Shown one piece after another: positions 1 to 14,772 of a stretch of 64,000 nucleotides of DNA. Origin of the DNA: Anthoceros angustus (Eukaryota; Plantae; Anthocerotophyta); assembly GCA_010909165.1 (NCBI GenBank), contig VJWM01000196.1, positions 62,001-126,000 of the forward strand, given 5' to 3'. Numbering within the stretch: the stretch's first letter is position 1; each line of letters opens with the position of its first letter. The notes under the pieces were generated by a model that was not told where the DNA came from, searched no databases, and saw nothing but the letters and a program-made list of their open reading frames with translations. Both the position numbers and the translations under genes were made by a program.

Positions 1-1091
1 TTATATTGATTATCTTATAGAGTTAGAGTACAGTGAAAATTTATAAATATATTTGTATATAGATATTTTTAATATAAAATCTTTTGTATATATTTTACCA
101 TAAATATTATTGAAAATTTTATAATAAAAATTGAATTTTATAATATGCAATATTAAACGCCACATGTGACCTCGTATCAAATATAAGGGTATGTTGTCCA
201 TACATACACTTATGTCCCAGATATGTGGCCACGATGTTAAAACCACTACTCCATCGTCGTACTTTGTTGAGCTACAAAATATGAAGACATAGAGAAAAAC
301 ATTGTTTGAAATAGCTGATTAAAAGATTCGAATCAAAAGTCATACCATTATGATCAACATTATGAGCTGTATCCAAATCTCCAAATATCACATGTCAAAT
401 ATGTTTGTAAGAACTTTGAGAAGCTTAGAAACTTTTCAAACCCTTAAAATTGTTTCAAGTGTTTGGTATTTCCTGCCTCATGTGCCAATTGTAAATGTGC
501 GATTGTCCGTAACCCGACCACATACTATATAAGTCCTAAGTAAACTTTAACTATTATTAATCTCAATTTACTAAGAACCCCTACATATTGGACCTCATAG
601 TTTAGTTACACGGACCATGTGCCAACTAGACAGTTCAACTCCAACTTGGACAAATCAATTTCAAAATTGAATTGAACTGTTAAATAAACTGTAAATGACG
701 AACCATAATCCCACGAATAGGCCATCAAACTGAACTAGATAGAAATTACCCCAAGTTACCCCTTCGAGACCCGGTTTCATTCTTCTTCTTTTTTTTGCAC
801 ATATTCCATTGTATCTGAGGTCAAATATGAACTTTGTTTGCTCAATGTAGAGTTTTGTGCCCAACATCTCGACAAGTCAGCTAGTTCTCAATTTGTCTAA
901 ACATATTGATGGTGAAAGATGTAGAGGCTCATACCTTCAAGACCAATGGAGCCACAATCGGGGAGACTCGTACCTTCATAACCAATGGAGCCACAAATTA
1001 AATGGTTGATCATATTGCTTTTGCACACTTGTGTGGTCATCATGCATATATGTATTCATTAGCTTATGTTTGCTACCAAAAGACCATTTGA

Positions 1092-2314
1092 CTATGTTGG
1101 GCTAGGATTTTACCGGAGAAAGATGTCGAATGATGATGACGATGATGAGGTTCTAGGTTTAGACAAGCATCTCTTCACATGTGTGAATTAGTTACACAAC
1201 ATGGTGCCAACGAAGTACATCTCTCTATTCCAAGATTCAGGTTGGCGGGTAAATGAACTAAGCAACGTATGATTTTGGCGCTTTTTGTTGAGCAAGTATG
1301 CATATTCGGATGCTTTAAGGTAGAAAAGATTGATGAGGATGAAACCTGCTAAGTTTCTTCATGTGGCTATGGCTATTGGAGATGCGTTGTATGCAAGAGA
1401 TAGTTTTGAGCCACAGTTCCTAAGGTTCAAGGAGCTCGTAGCCCCATGCCGTGAGACCACCCATCATCCGCCCACCATGGCACAGGAGAAATTTGAATGA
1501 GATAAAGCGGGCTGATGTTCAAAATATAACGTGTACATTGTAAAATTATGTATTTTAACCTCACAGTCCATCGAACCTTGGGTTTTTTCTTGTAGATTCA
1601 GTTGGGAAGTCGAACTGATTCAAATTGAAATCTAATCATTACTTGCTTAGTCAACAGACTTAAAACCACGTTGGATCTTGTCCGGTAGTGGTTTGATTTT
1701 GGTCTATGTTGGGCTAGGATTTTACCGGAGAAAGATGTCGAATGATGATGACGATGATGAGGTTCTAGGTTTAGACAAGCATCTCTTCACATGTGTGAAT
1801 TAGTTACAACATGGTGCCAACAAGTACATCTCTATTCCAAGATTCAGTTGGGGTAAATGAACTAAGCAACGTATGATTTTGGCGCTTTTTGTTGAGCAAG
1901 TATGCATATTCGGATGCTTTAAGGTAGAAAAGATTGATGAGGATGAAACCTGCTAAGTTTCTTCATGTGGCTATGGCTATTGGAGATGCGTTGTCGCAAG
2001 AGATAGTTTTGAGCCCTGGTTCCTAAGGTTCAAGGAGCTCGTAGAGCCCGCCCACCGTGAGACCACCCATCATGCGTCCGCCCACCACTGACGCACAAAG
2101 GAGAAATTTGAATGAGATAAAGCGGGCTGATGTTCAAAATATAACGTGTACATTGTAAAATTATGTATTTTAACCTCACAGTCCATCGAACCTTGGGTTT
2201 TTTCTTGTAGATTCAGTTGGGAAGTCGAACTGATTCAAATTGAAATCTAATCATTACTTGCTTAGTCAACAGACTGAAAACCACGTTGGATCTTGTCCGG
2301 TAGTGGTTTGATTT
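1092..2314. repeat. Tandem duplication with ~612-bp period (1092-1700 / 1704-2314)
   Basis: CTATGTTGGGCTAGGATTTTACCGGAGAAAGATG starts at both 1092 and 1704; the copies are colinear with small indels up to ...TTGTCCGGTAGTGGTTTGATTT. Confidence 0.9.
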
Positions 2315-2536
2315 AGTTCTGTGTTGACGTGGGTTATAACTGAATTTGTCCGGTAGTGGTTTGATTTAGTTCTGTGTTGACGTGGGTTATAACTGAATTG
2401 AGCTGAGGGAGTAGCCTTTGACAACTGTCAGTCCATAAGTGTCATAACGGACGTTGACGGACTTCGTGGATATGTTTAGTTCAAGCAGTGTCCTAACGGA
2501 CGCTGACGAACTCGTGGATATGTTTAGTTCAAGCAG
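2293..2536. repeat. Short tandem duplications (53-bp x2; ~45-bp x2)
   Basis: TTGTCCGGTAGTGGTTTGATTTAGTTCTGTGTTGACGTGGGTTATAACTGAAT occurs twice (2293-2399); TAACGGACG(T/C)TGACG...GTGGATATGTTTAGTTCAAGCAG occurs twice (~2446-2536). Confidence 0.85.
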
Positions 2537-3482
2537 GTTGTGAACAAGACAATTTGGCAACATTGTATAATTATTGTTAGTTCAACAACCAGTTGAATCC
2601 TCCTAAGAAGAATATCCAATCAAAGTGGATGAATTTGTGATGAGTGAGGTGCATTGGAGAGTTCCTAAAACTCTAGATGAGCATTTGGACATGGATTCCA
2701 AAAATTTTAAAGGACCTCTATATACTCACAATTGGAGAATTCAGTTCGGCCAATTCTGGTGGGTTCCAAGCTAAATCAGCATCAAACTGAGCTCGAATTG
2801 GCGCAGAGACACAATCCATCGTGGCAACCGTTCGCTGACAATGAGCTAACGCAGCAAGTAATTATTAGCTGCAAGTTCAGTTTCTCCCGGTTCGGACCTC
2901 GAACTGAACTGCCATGGATTACCCATAATTCGGACGCACTGAGATGTGTAAGAAAACGTATTGTACATTTCGCTTTTAACAGTCGCCTCCACCAATTAGT
3001 TTTTTAATGAATTTTTTTGTCATATGTTTAGCTTACGTTTGAACTCCTGGCGGGCCAATTTTGCACGTTGTTGTGCGGAACTTGACTTGGCTTGGCTCAA
3101 GCCACTTGCTAGAAAGATGAAGTTGGTTTCTCATTCTTATCCCAGGTGAGAATACTACCTATACGAAGAATCATTGATATGTAGACTTGGAAATTATCCT
3201 CATTCTTACCTCAGGTAAGAATACTACCTATATGAGGAATCATTTATATGCAGGACTTGGAAATCAACCTTACAAAGAAAGAAGGCCTAGGACCTATGTA
3301 GAACAATACCATCTAATGATAGATTTAATATTTGGGATTAAATTGAGCTATTATATAATATCTAATTCAATTGAGTGTTAAATTTTTTTAGTTCAGTTTT
3401 ATGCCTGTCCAAAAAATCACAATTCACTTATCACAGTTTAACACAATTCAGTTCGAAAATCCAACTAAACTGATAGAATCAA

Positions 3483-3582
3483 AACTGAACTGTCTAGCTA
3501 GCACACAATTCCACGAACGAACTGAACGACTGAACTGAATTGTCTAGCTAGCAAACAATTCGACGAACTTAACGACTGAACT
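3483..3582. repeat. Imperfect tandem repeat (AACTGAA..TGTCTAGCTAGCA.ACAATTC.ACGAAC x2)
   Basis: Direct reading of the sequence. Confidence 0.7.
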
Positions 3583-3757
3583 CTACGCACCCAAGTTCGA
3601 CGGAACTGGCAGTGCGTCAGGGTCCTAAACAACGGTCTCTTTTGGAGTCTTGAACTGAGTAAGGACAAAGTCCCAATTTGAGCTTGGTAGGGTTCGTTAG
3701 GTCTTCGTTGCCTCTGCTTGATTGATTGACTGATCAATTGCCTCCTCTCGAGCTCTG

Positions 3758-4000
3758 CTCAGAAACATACGCAGAGACAAGTGGCGGATCATTATCAAGC
3801 CCAGGGGATCTGACCTTCCAGCCAGGGACGGAGCTATCCAGGGAATTAATCCTCGAACCCTCTCAAGTGTCATCCCTACCTATCCTGGGTACTGTTCACA
3901 TGCTGCAATTCGTGGGAACTTGTTGAGAAACAGAAGCACCGTCTTTCGCTGTCGACGGAAGAGCGGGCCTCGTTAACGGGGTTGCTACCTGACGAGACAT
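3758..4000 (-). pseudogene. Degenerate 5' fragment paralogous to the gene at 13078-13898
   Basis: ATG at 4000(-) reads MSRQVATPLTRP versus MCHLVAIPLSRP; DNA blocks such as AAGTGTCATCCCT.CCTA.CCTGG and CTCAGAA.CAT..GCAGA.AC match 13650-13790; stop at 3896. Confidence 0.7.
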
Positions 4001-4282
4001 GCTGAGTGAGCCGAGCACGCATCGTCTAAGTTCGACCCCACACAGCGAGTAGGTAGTCTGCCCTATTTGCCCCCAAAGAGGAAAGCCCTGAGCGGTGCCG
4101 TTTAATGTTTTCGAGCTTAGCAATTGAACTTGAAGTTGAAGAGGTTGTGTAGCCCAGGTTTCCGCGCAAGCTACCTCTTGACAATCCAAACCAGCGGCAC
4201 TGGTGAGGGTTTGAGAATCCAGGGGGAAAAGTGGGACAAGCAGGTGCTGTCTGCAGGCGAGCAGGCAGTCAGGAAGGACCCA

Positions 4283-5536
4283 ATGGCTCCACCGGGATCC
4301 AAATCCAAGATCCTGGCGGGAGATGGCAGCAGGTTCGAAATTTCTCAGGCTGCGTACGTCAAGCTTGTGTTGCACGCGCTCAAGCACAAAACGAGTAGCG
4401 TAAACGGTGTCCTCATTGGAAGAGTGACTGGCCAAGGGATACTTCAGGATGGAGCGGAGGGAAATGGCAGTGTTGAGGTTGTTGATTCTGTGCCCCTCTT
4501 TCATGGGCAGCTGGGGCTGCTTCCAATGCTTGAGCTTGCTCTCACTCAGGTAGGTGAAAGGGACATGAAATTGTCACTGTCGGATTTGTAAATCGGAGTT
4601 CCGAGAAGTTCCGAGCTCTTGGCAGGCATGGAATGGATCTCAAGTCAGGATGAGTTTTGCTGTAAACTGAGCAGACATCATTGTGTTTTTGGACAGGTTG
4701 ATGCATATCTACAAACACAAAATGATGACCTTACCATCGTCGGCTACTACCATGGGAATGAGCTGTTCGATGACACCGAGGTAAACTCTATTGCTCGCAA
4801 GATTGGCGACAAGATAGCACAATATTGTCCCGAGGCCATTATACTCCTGGTAAGTGTCAAACGTGAGCAGAAACAACGGGTCTGGGTTTTAGGGTTCAGC
4901 TTCACAGATTCTTAGCTTCTGTATGTCTGTAGCAGAGCTGACCTGACCTGATCTGATATGGATGCTCTGTCTGGCAATATCTCTGCAGCTTGATCATGGG
5001 TTACTTGGGAGTCTTACTACAAGGAACAAGACGAAACCCGTGACTCAGGTAGTGGAAGGTTGAGTGGCTGCAAGCCTGATTAACTCGTTGATTGAAGCAG
5101 TGTTACCCTAGCTTGCCCGCCTCCTCTCCCTGGCACACCGGACGCAGCAACTGCCTTTTCTCTACCCCTGAGGCTCTTCTTGGGTTTGTGTTCCAGCTGT
5201 TTGTGCGTGATAGTGCAAGAGGGTGGCACATTTCTGGAGAGCTTCAGCTGAAGGAGGCTACTGCAAATGGCATCCTTTTGGACTACATCTCAGAAGGAAG
5301 AGATCAACTGGTGGTGGATTTTGATGAGCATTTGGACGATGTTGCGAAGTATGTCCTTTTCATGCCATCTGAAAGTGCTGGTTGTGGGGGTTGGAATGAT
5401 TAGTCTTTTTCCGTCTATTCTTCGCCTATTTTGTAATTGTTTGTTGGGCTTTCTGCGGGGTTCTCCGATCTTCTGATATCCTTTGTACGACCCCGTGCTG
5501 CGCAGGGACTGGCTCAATCCCCAATTGTTCGCCTAG
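4283..5536 (+). CDS. EMC8/9: ER membrane protein complex subunit 8/9 homolog (UPF0172, MPN-like); exons 4283-4549, 4697-4849, 4989-5048, 5197-5348, 5506-5536
   Basis: Motifs AYVKLVLHALKH..VNGVLIG, DSVPLFH, LELAL, IVGYYHGN, LVVDFDEHLDD..DWLNPQL; the GT-AG introns join in frame. Confidence 0.92.
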
Positions 5537-6003
5537 GTTGTCGATTGTCTCTTCTGTTCACAAGTTTTGCCAAGGTTTGAGAGACTAGAAGGCCAGGCGC
5601 TTCCTTAAGCTACCTAACAGTAAGGCAAAAGGACTCCTTCATCAAAGCACACTGTTGCAAATCAATCAGTCACGGACACTAATGATGGCGTTTCTTGTCT
5701 GGGCCACAGCCACCGCAGAGCTTGCAAACTAGTGTGATGCCTTCGAATGTCGATGTAGGATCCAGTCCTTTGTCATACAGACATATCCATATAGGATCAG
5801 TTCTCAGCTTAAAACATGTTTGTTTGACCAGTACGATTCTACAGTAAACGGTTCGCAATAGATATCAATCATAGCCCACATAAGGGTGGGCTACTAGCAA
5901 GAAGCAGGTGGCCATGATTCGTGCCATCTTACCTGTTGCTCATTGCGTAGCATGACAGTGACAAATCTAAATTCCACTCGAGTAAGCAAAAATTCCTGAA
6001 CTC

Positions 6004-6354
6004 TTACTTGCTCTTGAAAAGCCCTTCCGTGGAAGGATGGTGGCCCGACAAGTCCAATCCGGAATCCTTGAACAGCTGCTCTGTCTCCATGAACTCCGCC
6101 TGCTCGAAAATGCGCTTGCGCATGACCTGTGCTGGCAGCTTAGATCCATCCAGCACCTCTTCCTTGCCGTTGATGAATGTAATGGTGACCTGGGGATGGT
6201 GACTGTCGGTGCGTCGCTTCACCACCACCTCGCAGTCAGGGTTGGAAGCTCGCGCCTTCCGGGAGTTACACTGCGCAAGAAACTCCAACGCGGAACACGA
6301 CCGCGGGTCCAGTGGATTGAACTCGATCTTCACCCGCGACAGATGCTTGAACAT
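6004..6354 (-). CDS. MRPL53: Mitochondrial large-subunit ribosomal protein mL53-like (116 aa, single exon)
   Basis: MFKHLSRVKIEFNPLDPR..ALEFLAQCNSRKARASNPDCEV..PQVTITFINGKEEV resembles the plant mL53 family. Confidence 0.8.
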   Translation of the reverse strand: MFKHLSRVKIEFNPLDPRSCSALEFLAQCNSRKARASNPDCEVVVKRRTDSHHPQVTITFINGKEEVLDGSKLPAQVMRKRIFEQAEFMETEQLFKDSGLDLSGHHPSTEGLFKSK

Positions 6355-6672
6355 CCTGCCTCCCTCCCAGGCTCGACCTCGTGTCTGTGTCCGTGTGCGT
6401 GTGCCTGCACCTTCCCGTTCCCGTGTCTCCGCACACGCTACCTGGCATTCCGTTGTTCTCCGCCCTGCTGTAGTGCCGCGTAGGCAGCCTAACGCAAACC
6501 CAAACCCTAAGAGAAAGGCCAAATCTGAGACGGCCACGTACGTATCACACAACGTCTACTGAAGAGCTTCAACAAGTTCCCGCCCATTTCAGTCTTTCAG
6601 TCCAGACTTCAGCAGCTGACATTGGGTGCGTGACCATCTCCAGACGACGGGATCGCGGACGCAGGGCAGGCC

Positions 6673-7301
6673 ATGGGGGTTCTCGCGGTGGTGTACAGCT
6701 TGGGGTGGCACAATTTGGTGGTCTGGGCCTTCGTATTGGCGCCCTTCTACTTCTACTGGTACTTGTGGACCAATCCGCAACGGTGGGTGCAGTTTTGCGG
6801 GACAGATGTGGATCCCAGCCACCGCATGGCCGAAGTGTCGCTGGTCCTTAAGGTTGCCCAGATCCTGGCAGTGCTCTCTGCCGCTTCTATCACCAGGATG
6901 CCTCCTTGGTACTGCGTCCTGCTCTTTGGTGTGGGCCAATTTTTGAATTACAGGTGAGGTTGTTTCAGTTATGAGGCTCTAGACCGTCGATTTGCTCTAG
7001 TTCAGGACGTTTGTCTCACAGAGCATTTCTCGTTCGCATCTCTTAATGCAGAGTTTACGACCTGCTGGGGGAAGCTGGCGTGTACTATGGAGTCCGATTC
7101 GGAAAGAATATTCCCTGGGTAACCGGTTTTCCGTTTGGGTATATGAAGGATCCCCAGTACATAGGGTCGATCCTCAGCCTGCTTGGCGTTGCCTGCTGGG
7201 TCCCTTGGAGGTTTGTCCTCGTGTGGATCATGGGTTATGTGTTTATGATGTTTCTGGAGGCCGATGAGAATCCTGCTACGCGTGCAAAGAAGATTGTTTA
7301 G
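6673..7301 (+). CDS. PLMT: Phosphatidyl-N-methylethanolamine N-methyltransferase; exons 6673-6953, 7052-7301
   Basis: PFYFYWYLWTNPQRWV..DPSHRMA, GQFLNYR|VYDLLGEAGVYYGVRFGKNIPWVTGFPFGY..DPQYIGS; in-frame GT-AG intron. Confidence 0.92.
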
Positions 7302-7442
7302 AAGGATTACACACGTATATATTCGGATATCAAAGTTTTGATACGATACAGAGGAGGATGGCAGCTTGATTAGTTTCAGGCTCGGGTCCCGGCATCATTT
7401 AACACCACCATAAAGCTATGTTTTGTTCATTTCAATTACTGG

Positions 7443-7523
7443 TACATCTTTACATGCAAGTATCTCGGATACATCTTTACATGCAAGTATCTCGGATACA
7501 TCTTTACATGCAAGTATCTCGGA
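7443..7523. repeat. 27-bp minisatellite x3 (TACATCTTTACATGCAAGTATCTCGGA)
   Basis: Three perfect copies between the convergent PLMT and NFS2 stop codons. Confidence 0.95.
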
Positions 7524-7530
7524 CTATAAT

Positions 7531-10026
<2,496 letters not shown>

Positions 10027-11359
10027 TTCGACACTCTACCAGCCCTCGGCAGGCAGAGACTCCAGAACCCGCCACACACCAATTCCGAGTCTGTAGGGGC
10101 AGATGGGGTGGGAATTTCCAGGGTTTAGGAGATGGGTCACCTAACATGAAGTGTATTCCCTGCATCTAGCCGCTTGCCCGTAAGGATTTCATTTTTCATA
10201 AAGCACTGGATAGATCGTAATTTCAGATGCCATAATCCTCATAACCAACGCCAACGGGGCCCAGGGTTCTGCTCCTTATTGGATCCACCCTGCTAAAGCA
10301 ATTGCTTGGTACTGTATGGAGTCTTCCGTCAGTGCATTTCGAGGAACATACAGGATCAAGAGATAGGGAAATCGTCCTGCTACCAATGCGTTGGCCTTTT
10401 AGCTTGCTCAGACAAGTTGCTTGCCACTCTGGGGAAAGGTTTGCAGCTGAAAGACCCCTTGGAGTCCTCCCGCATCTGTGTACAGACACTCATCATGCTG
10501 AGAGGACGTACGCTTCCCACCAGGAGTAAATCAGTACAATGAAAGCAAAGGGAGTCGTGCCTTCCTTGGTGATAGTAACTGGAAAAGGCTATGAAATAAA
10601 CGAGTGCCCACAAGGAAATTTTCACCATGCATTCATATGTGAGAGCAGCTAGTCTCATCACGCCACCCCCGTTTTGCAGGCCCTGATTGTATGGCAGCAG
10701 ATATTTCAGGAAGCAAAGCTTGTATATTCTATGCCGTTATCGGACCATGCGGATTGACACGAATACCTCGGAGGACTTCGGAGGACCCCGAGGGACAGGA
10801 GTGTCAGACGACCTAAAGTCATCAGTCCTTGAAACGTAAGTCACATGGTCCGTCGACGCATAACTGCGACAACGAAGAACGGCAGAATATGCCCATGTAC
10901 CTAGTGAAACCTGTAGCAATTGCTACTTCTTTTCTTCGTGTCCACGGACAAGACTCTGGCCTGAGAGCGAGCACAGCAGGACGTAGCACAGCTCACGAGG
11001 TCCGCACGAATTTGATCTGGAGAGGGCGACCACAAAAGCAGCTGCGATGGACTTTTCCTTCCTGAAGGTTGGATTCGATGCGTGTCCTGCGTATAGGGAA
11101 GTTATGGCTAGGGTGATGGGAACAGGCCGCGCCGCCTGAAGGTCCCGTGCCGTCGTGGGCCGGCTTTGCTTTTGATCCTTTGAGGTTGATGGACCTGTGA
11201 TTGGGAGGACCAACCTCTTGCTACCCTGTGGCAACTGGGGGGGGTGTCTGTCTCTTTAGATCTTCCTGCTCGCTCAGAAATAGGTGCAAGTTTGAACAAG
11301 CAATGTTTGTGTTGCAGGGGAATAATCTTATCAGAACTGACGATCTGGAGTCGCCGACC

Positions 11360-12484
11360 ATGATGCCGAGGATATCGGCTGGCTACTCGATCTCAACCCA
11401 GGATTCTGACATACATGCTGAGGAAGCTGGCCCTTCCACTGCAGATACATTCGACCACCTTCAGACTTTACAAGTTTCTCCCAAAGCCCTGGCAGCTAGA
11501 GCTCCGGATGTCCCATTTCTCCAGGCGGGTGATGATGCATCGGCACAGAATACAGCATTGTTGATGCCTCCTCCAAAACCAAAGATACGAGCTAAAATTC
11601 CACTGGAGAAGGGCTACAGTCAGATGGATTGGCTGAAGCTGACACAAACCAAGCCTGATCTCGCAGGTTTGGCTGCTCTTGGATCTCATCGTCGTGGTGA
11701 CGACCTGCTTTCAATGTGGTAGCTACCTAACACCCGTCTGTACTACAGGATTGAAGGGTCGGTCGAGCAGGAGGCCCATTTCCATGGAAGAGGTAAAGCT
11801 CCACAAAACTGATGAGGATGCATGGACTGTGCTGCGTGGCCGTGTGTACAACATCTCGCCTTACCTCAGATTCCACCCTGGAGGTATCCAATCCAAATTT
11901 CCTTCTCTTTCCACAGTTGTTAACATCAACACAAGGGGCAGTAGGGTGCTTTCATTGCCCTTGAGACGGTCCATTTAGCTGGAAACTCCCCAACAACTGT
12001 CAGACTCTGTTCCAAGTCACAGCTGTGTTCATGCCAGCCAAAGTAAACCTCAATGCCGAAACTGGGCTTTCTCACTCGAGCAAACCCAGGAAAGCGCTTA
12101 GAGCGTCATGGTGGTCACTGGAGAATCGATAACCAGACCATGCTAAGTGGCGAGTGCATTGTAATACTGTGCAGAGTCTGCCCTTTGCATCCAGTTTTAC
12201 AGTCGTGTCAAACAGTATGTTAAGCTCTATTTTAACATACTGACTGTAGCTCCATTTTTTTGGCAGGACGGGACATGCTGATCAAGGGTGCAGGGAGGGA
12301 CTGCACGTCTTTATTCAGTATCCTCTGCTCCTTGATACATTTGTCCACCTGTTCGTGGGCCATGGCATTGCTATCCTTAATTGACTATTCAGACAAGTAC
12401 CATGCATGGGTGAATGCTGAATTTTTGTTAGAGAAGTGTTTAGTTGGAGTCTTAGACGTTACCCCTCAGGGAGATACAGCCTAA
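11360..12484 (+). CDS. RLF: Cytochrome b5 domain protein, RLF-like; exons ~11360-11666, 11749-11883, 12267-12317, 12393-12484 (start uncertain)
   Basis: [39 protein letters not shown] (heme motif), [16 protein letters not shown] after splicing. Confidence 0.88.
12318..12392 (+). other. U12-type (minor spliceosome) GT-AG intron
   Basis: 5' site GTATCCTC, branch-like TATCCTTAAT at 12372-12381 about 11 nt before the AG, no polypyrimidine tract; removal restores LFNKYH. Confidence 0.8.
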
Positions 12485-13077
12485 GTAGCCAAGCGACGAC
12501 AGACCTGGGCAACGGCTTACTTCGGCTTCGACCATGGCGTCTGCTTTATCACCGTCTGGCACGTTTAGCTTAGCTCATTCAGACAAACTGAAATCTGCCC
12601 AAGAAACAATTGAATGCAATATGATCTCTGTTTATCTTGACTACAAAGGTGGGAGGTTTAACCTTGATATTAACATTATTTAATCTCTTATGAAGTTGAA
12701 GTCACGTTAAAAAGCCATTATTCAACCTTCCCAGTTTCACACGCAACCAGAAACCTACAGAATTGATTCTCAGATAATTATTTCCAATTGTACATACTCC
12801 AAATATAAATACTTTCCAATAGGTATTTAACACACTTGATAGGGATGTTTCTTCCATTATTTACGGATGGCCTGTTGCGCTTCTTGTTTAGCGAATCCCG
12901 TTAGAAAATTTGAGAAATGAGACTGCACAGGTAGCTTGTGTTGAAGAGCTCTGTGGTTGGTGAAGGGCTGCAGGTAGTCTACATACGTTGTTGTTTCGTA
13001 GCGGAACAGAGACTGGGTTGGATGGGCTGGAAACTTGAATCCAGGTATGCACATATGCAAGTAGAGGGCGAAAAAAC

Positions 13078-13898
13078 TCAACTGCGCTTGGTTTTGCGCC
13101 GTGGTTTCTTGCTGGGCTTTCCAGTTTGTTCTGAAAAACCAGTGGCTCCAGATACATTACTCTGTTCAGCCGTGTCAGCACCAGGCGTAGCTGATGTCTC
13201 GCCTTTCGCTGTATCGACACTGAAAGCGTTGTCTTTGGGCTGGTTCCTGAAGACTGTGTTCTTGAATACTTGATCGGGGACGTAGTAGTTTCCGAGCCAC
13301 CACACAAAGATAAGTCCCGCACTGCAGACGGGCCGGCATGTCAGCTCCTACTTCATAATGCCAAAAGAAATAGCTGGATGTCATCGGGAAAGCTGCAAGA
13401 AGGACCTGTCACTAACCTGACCAAAGCGAACTGGACAGGATCAGCTCCACTCTTGATGCCGAAAAACGATGGAGACGGCCCCGTCTGCTCGATCACAGCG
13501 CCCGTCTCGCCGGATTGCCTGAATGGTGGCTCAAATGCCCTGCCCAGAGCATCCAAGAAAGAGCGCACGCTCTGTCCTCCTGCCCCTGAAATCGTCTCCT
13601 CAGGCTTTTGAATCAGCTTGACAGAGAACTTAAACCCATCCGTGATATCCTCAGAAGCATCTGCAGATACCCCCATCATCATCCCCAGAGAATCCGACCT
13701 CCCGACCAGAGGTGGGGCAGTCCAGGGTAGTGATGCCCCATCCCAGGAAGTGTCATCCCTGCCTACCCTGGCCACTACAGAGCCGACATGCTGCACCTGC
13801 TTGAAACCCGATGAGAAATGGAAGCACGATGTTTTTATGCTGTCCAACGCAGAGCAGGCGTGCGGCCTCGACAATGGGATCGCTACCAGATGACACAT
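13078..13898 (-). CDS. Uncharacterised probable plastid single-pass membrane protein (241 aa); exons 13898-13417, 13321-13078
   Basis: A 95-nt GT-AG intron joins two ORFs in frame to give FALVSAGLIFVWWLGNYYVPDQVFK (TM-like); transit-like N-terminus and basic C-terminus. Confidence 0.7.
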
Positions 13899-14167
13899 GC
13901 TGGCCGAGCCGAGTATGCACCTAGGTGAAAAGCCGGCCGCAAGCCGGGTAGAGTCTTACCCTATTTCCCACCCACAAGAGGAAAGCACCGTTTAGGGTTA
14001 CTGAGCTCAGCAGTTGAAGTTGGACGAGCTTGCGGAGTTCTTGCTTCCTCGCGAACTAACCCGGACCATCCAAAGCAGCAGCACTGGCCAAGGGGGTGAG
14101 AATCCAGGTGAAGAAGCGGGGCAAGCACGTGTTGCCTGCAGGCAAGAAGGCGGACAGGAAGGATACC
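13899..14167. promoter_or_regulatory. Putative bidirectional promoter/5' leaders (unknown gene / TOM7)
   Basis: 269 bp between divergent ATGs; a homologous copy lies at 4001-4282. Confidence 0.7.
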
Positions 14168-14365
14168 ATGGCTCCACCGGGATCCAAGTCCAAGAAGGAC
14201 ATCCTGTCTCCGCAGACTTTGAACACGGTGATCAAGGAGTGGCCGACATGGCTGCTGAAGAAGGCCAAGACTGCCACGCACTACGGATTCATTCCCCTGG
14301 TCATCTTCATCGGCATGCGCTCAGAGCCCCGGCCGCAGCTTTCGCAGCTCCTCAGCCCCGTCTAG
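14168..14365 (+). CDS. TOM7: Mitochondrial import receptor subunit TOM7 (65 aa)
   Basis: [43 protein letters not shown] is the plant TOM7 signature. Confidence 0.93.
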   Translation: MAPPGSKSKKDILSPQTLNTVIKEWPTWLLKKAKTATHYGFIPLVIFIGMRSEPRPQLSQLLSPV

Positions 14366-14772
14366 TTCAAGACGCACACTCCGTGGAGCACTGTGACGCG
14401 ACAGCTTCGACAACGTGATAGTGCCCTTCAATTTTGCAGATGTGAAGCTCGAGTCTAGATGTCTGGAGACTCCCGATGGATCCTGTTGTGATTTTTGGGC
14501 TAGAGCTCCGCTGTTGCAATTTGAAGCCAGCCAGCCCTGGTGTTAGGTAGTGGTAGCACGTGAGAACAGCTTCTGATAATTGCCCTTGCAAGCGTCCCTA
14601 ATGACACTCTTGCATGTCTCATTTTTGTTTGGTCACAATTGAGTTGCAATTTCGAGCAGGCCTGGGATCTGGGATCTGGCTTTTGTGTATATGTCATGTT
14701 TGAAGCCTGTTTCACGGAAATGGGGATTCAAGGCATTAGGGTGAGGTAGGGAGGTTGCTGTTTTGCAGGAGG

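Noticed and set aside
1-3700. Protein-coding genes from the short ORFs in the AT-rich start (also 50300-52000)
   Set aside because: Short, compositionally biased, with no recognisable domains or consistent splice structure.
4124-4282. N-terminal extensions of EMC8/9 (and TOM7 14096-14167)
   Set aside because: They begin at TTG/GTG and are treated as 5' UTR, although both leaders are open in frame.
7443-7523. CRISPR-like repeat
   Set aside because: Head-to-tail repeats with no spacers, in a eukaryotic context.
10400-10830. C/D-box snoRNA calls
   Set aside because: Box-like words are present, but no recognisable rRNA/snRNA guide or terminal stem could be supported.
11884-12266. Second U12 intron in RLF (donor GTATCCAA)
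   Set aside because: The donor deviates at +7/+8 and the 3' end has an ordinary pyrimidine tract.
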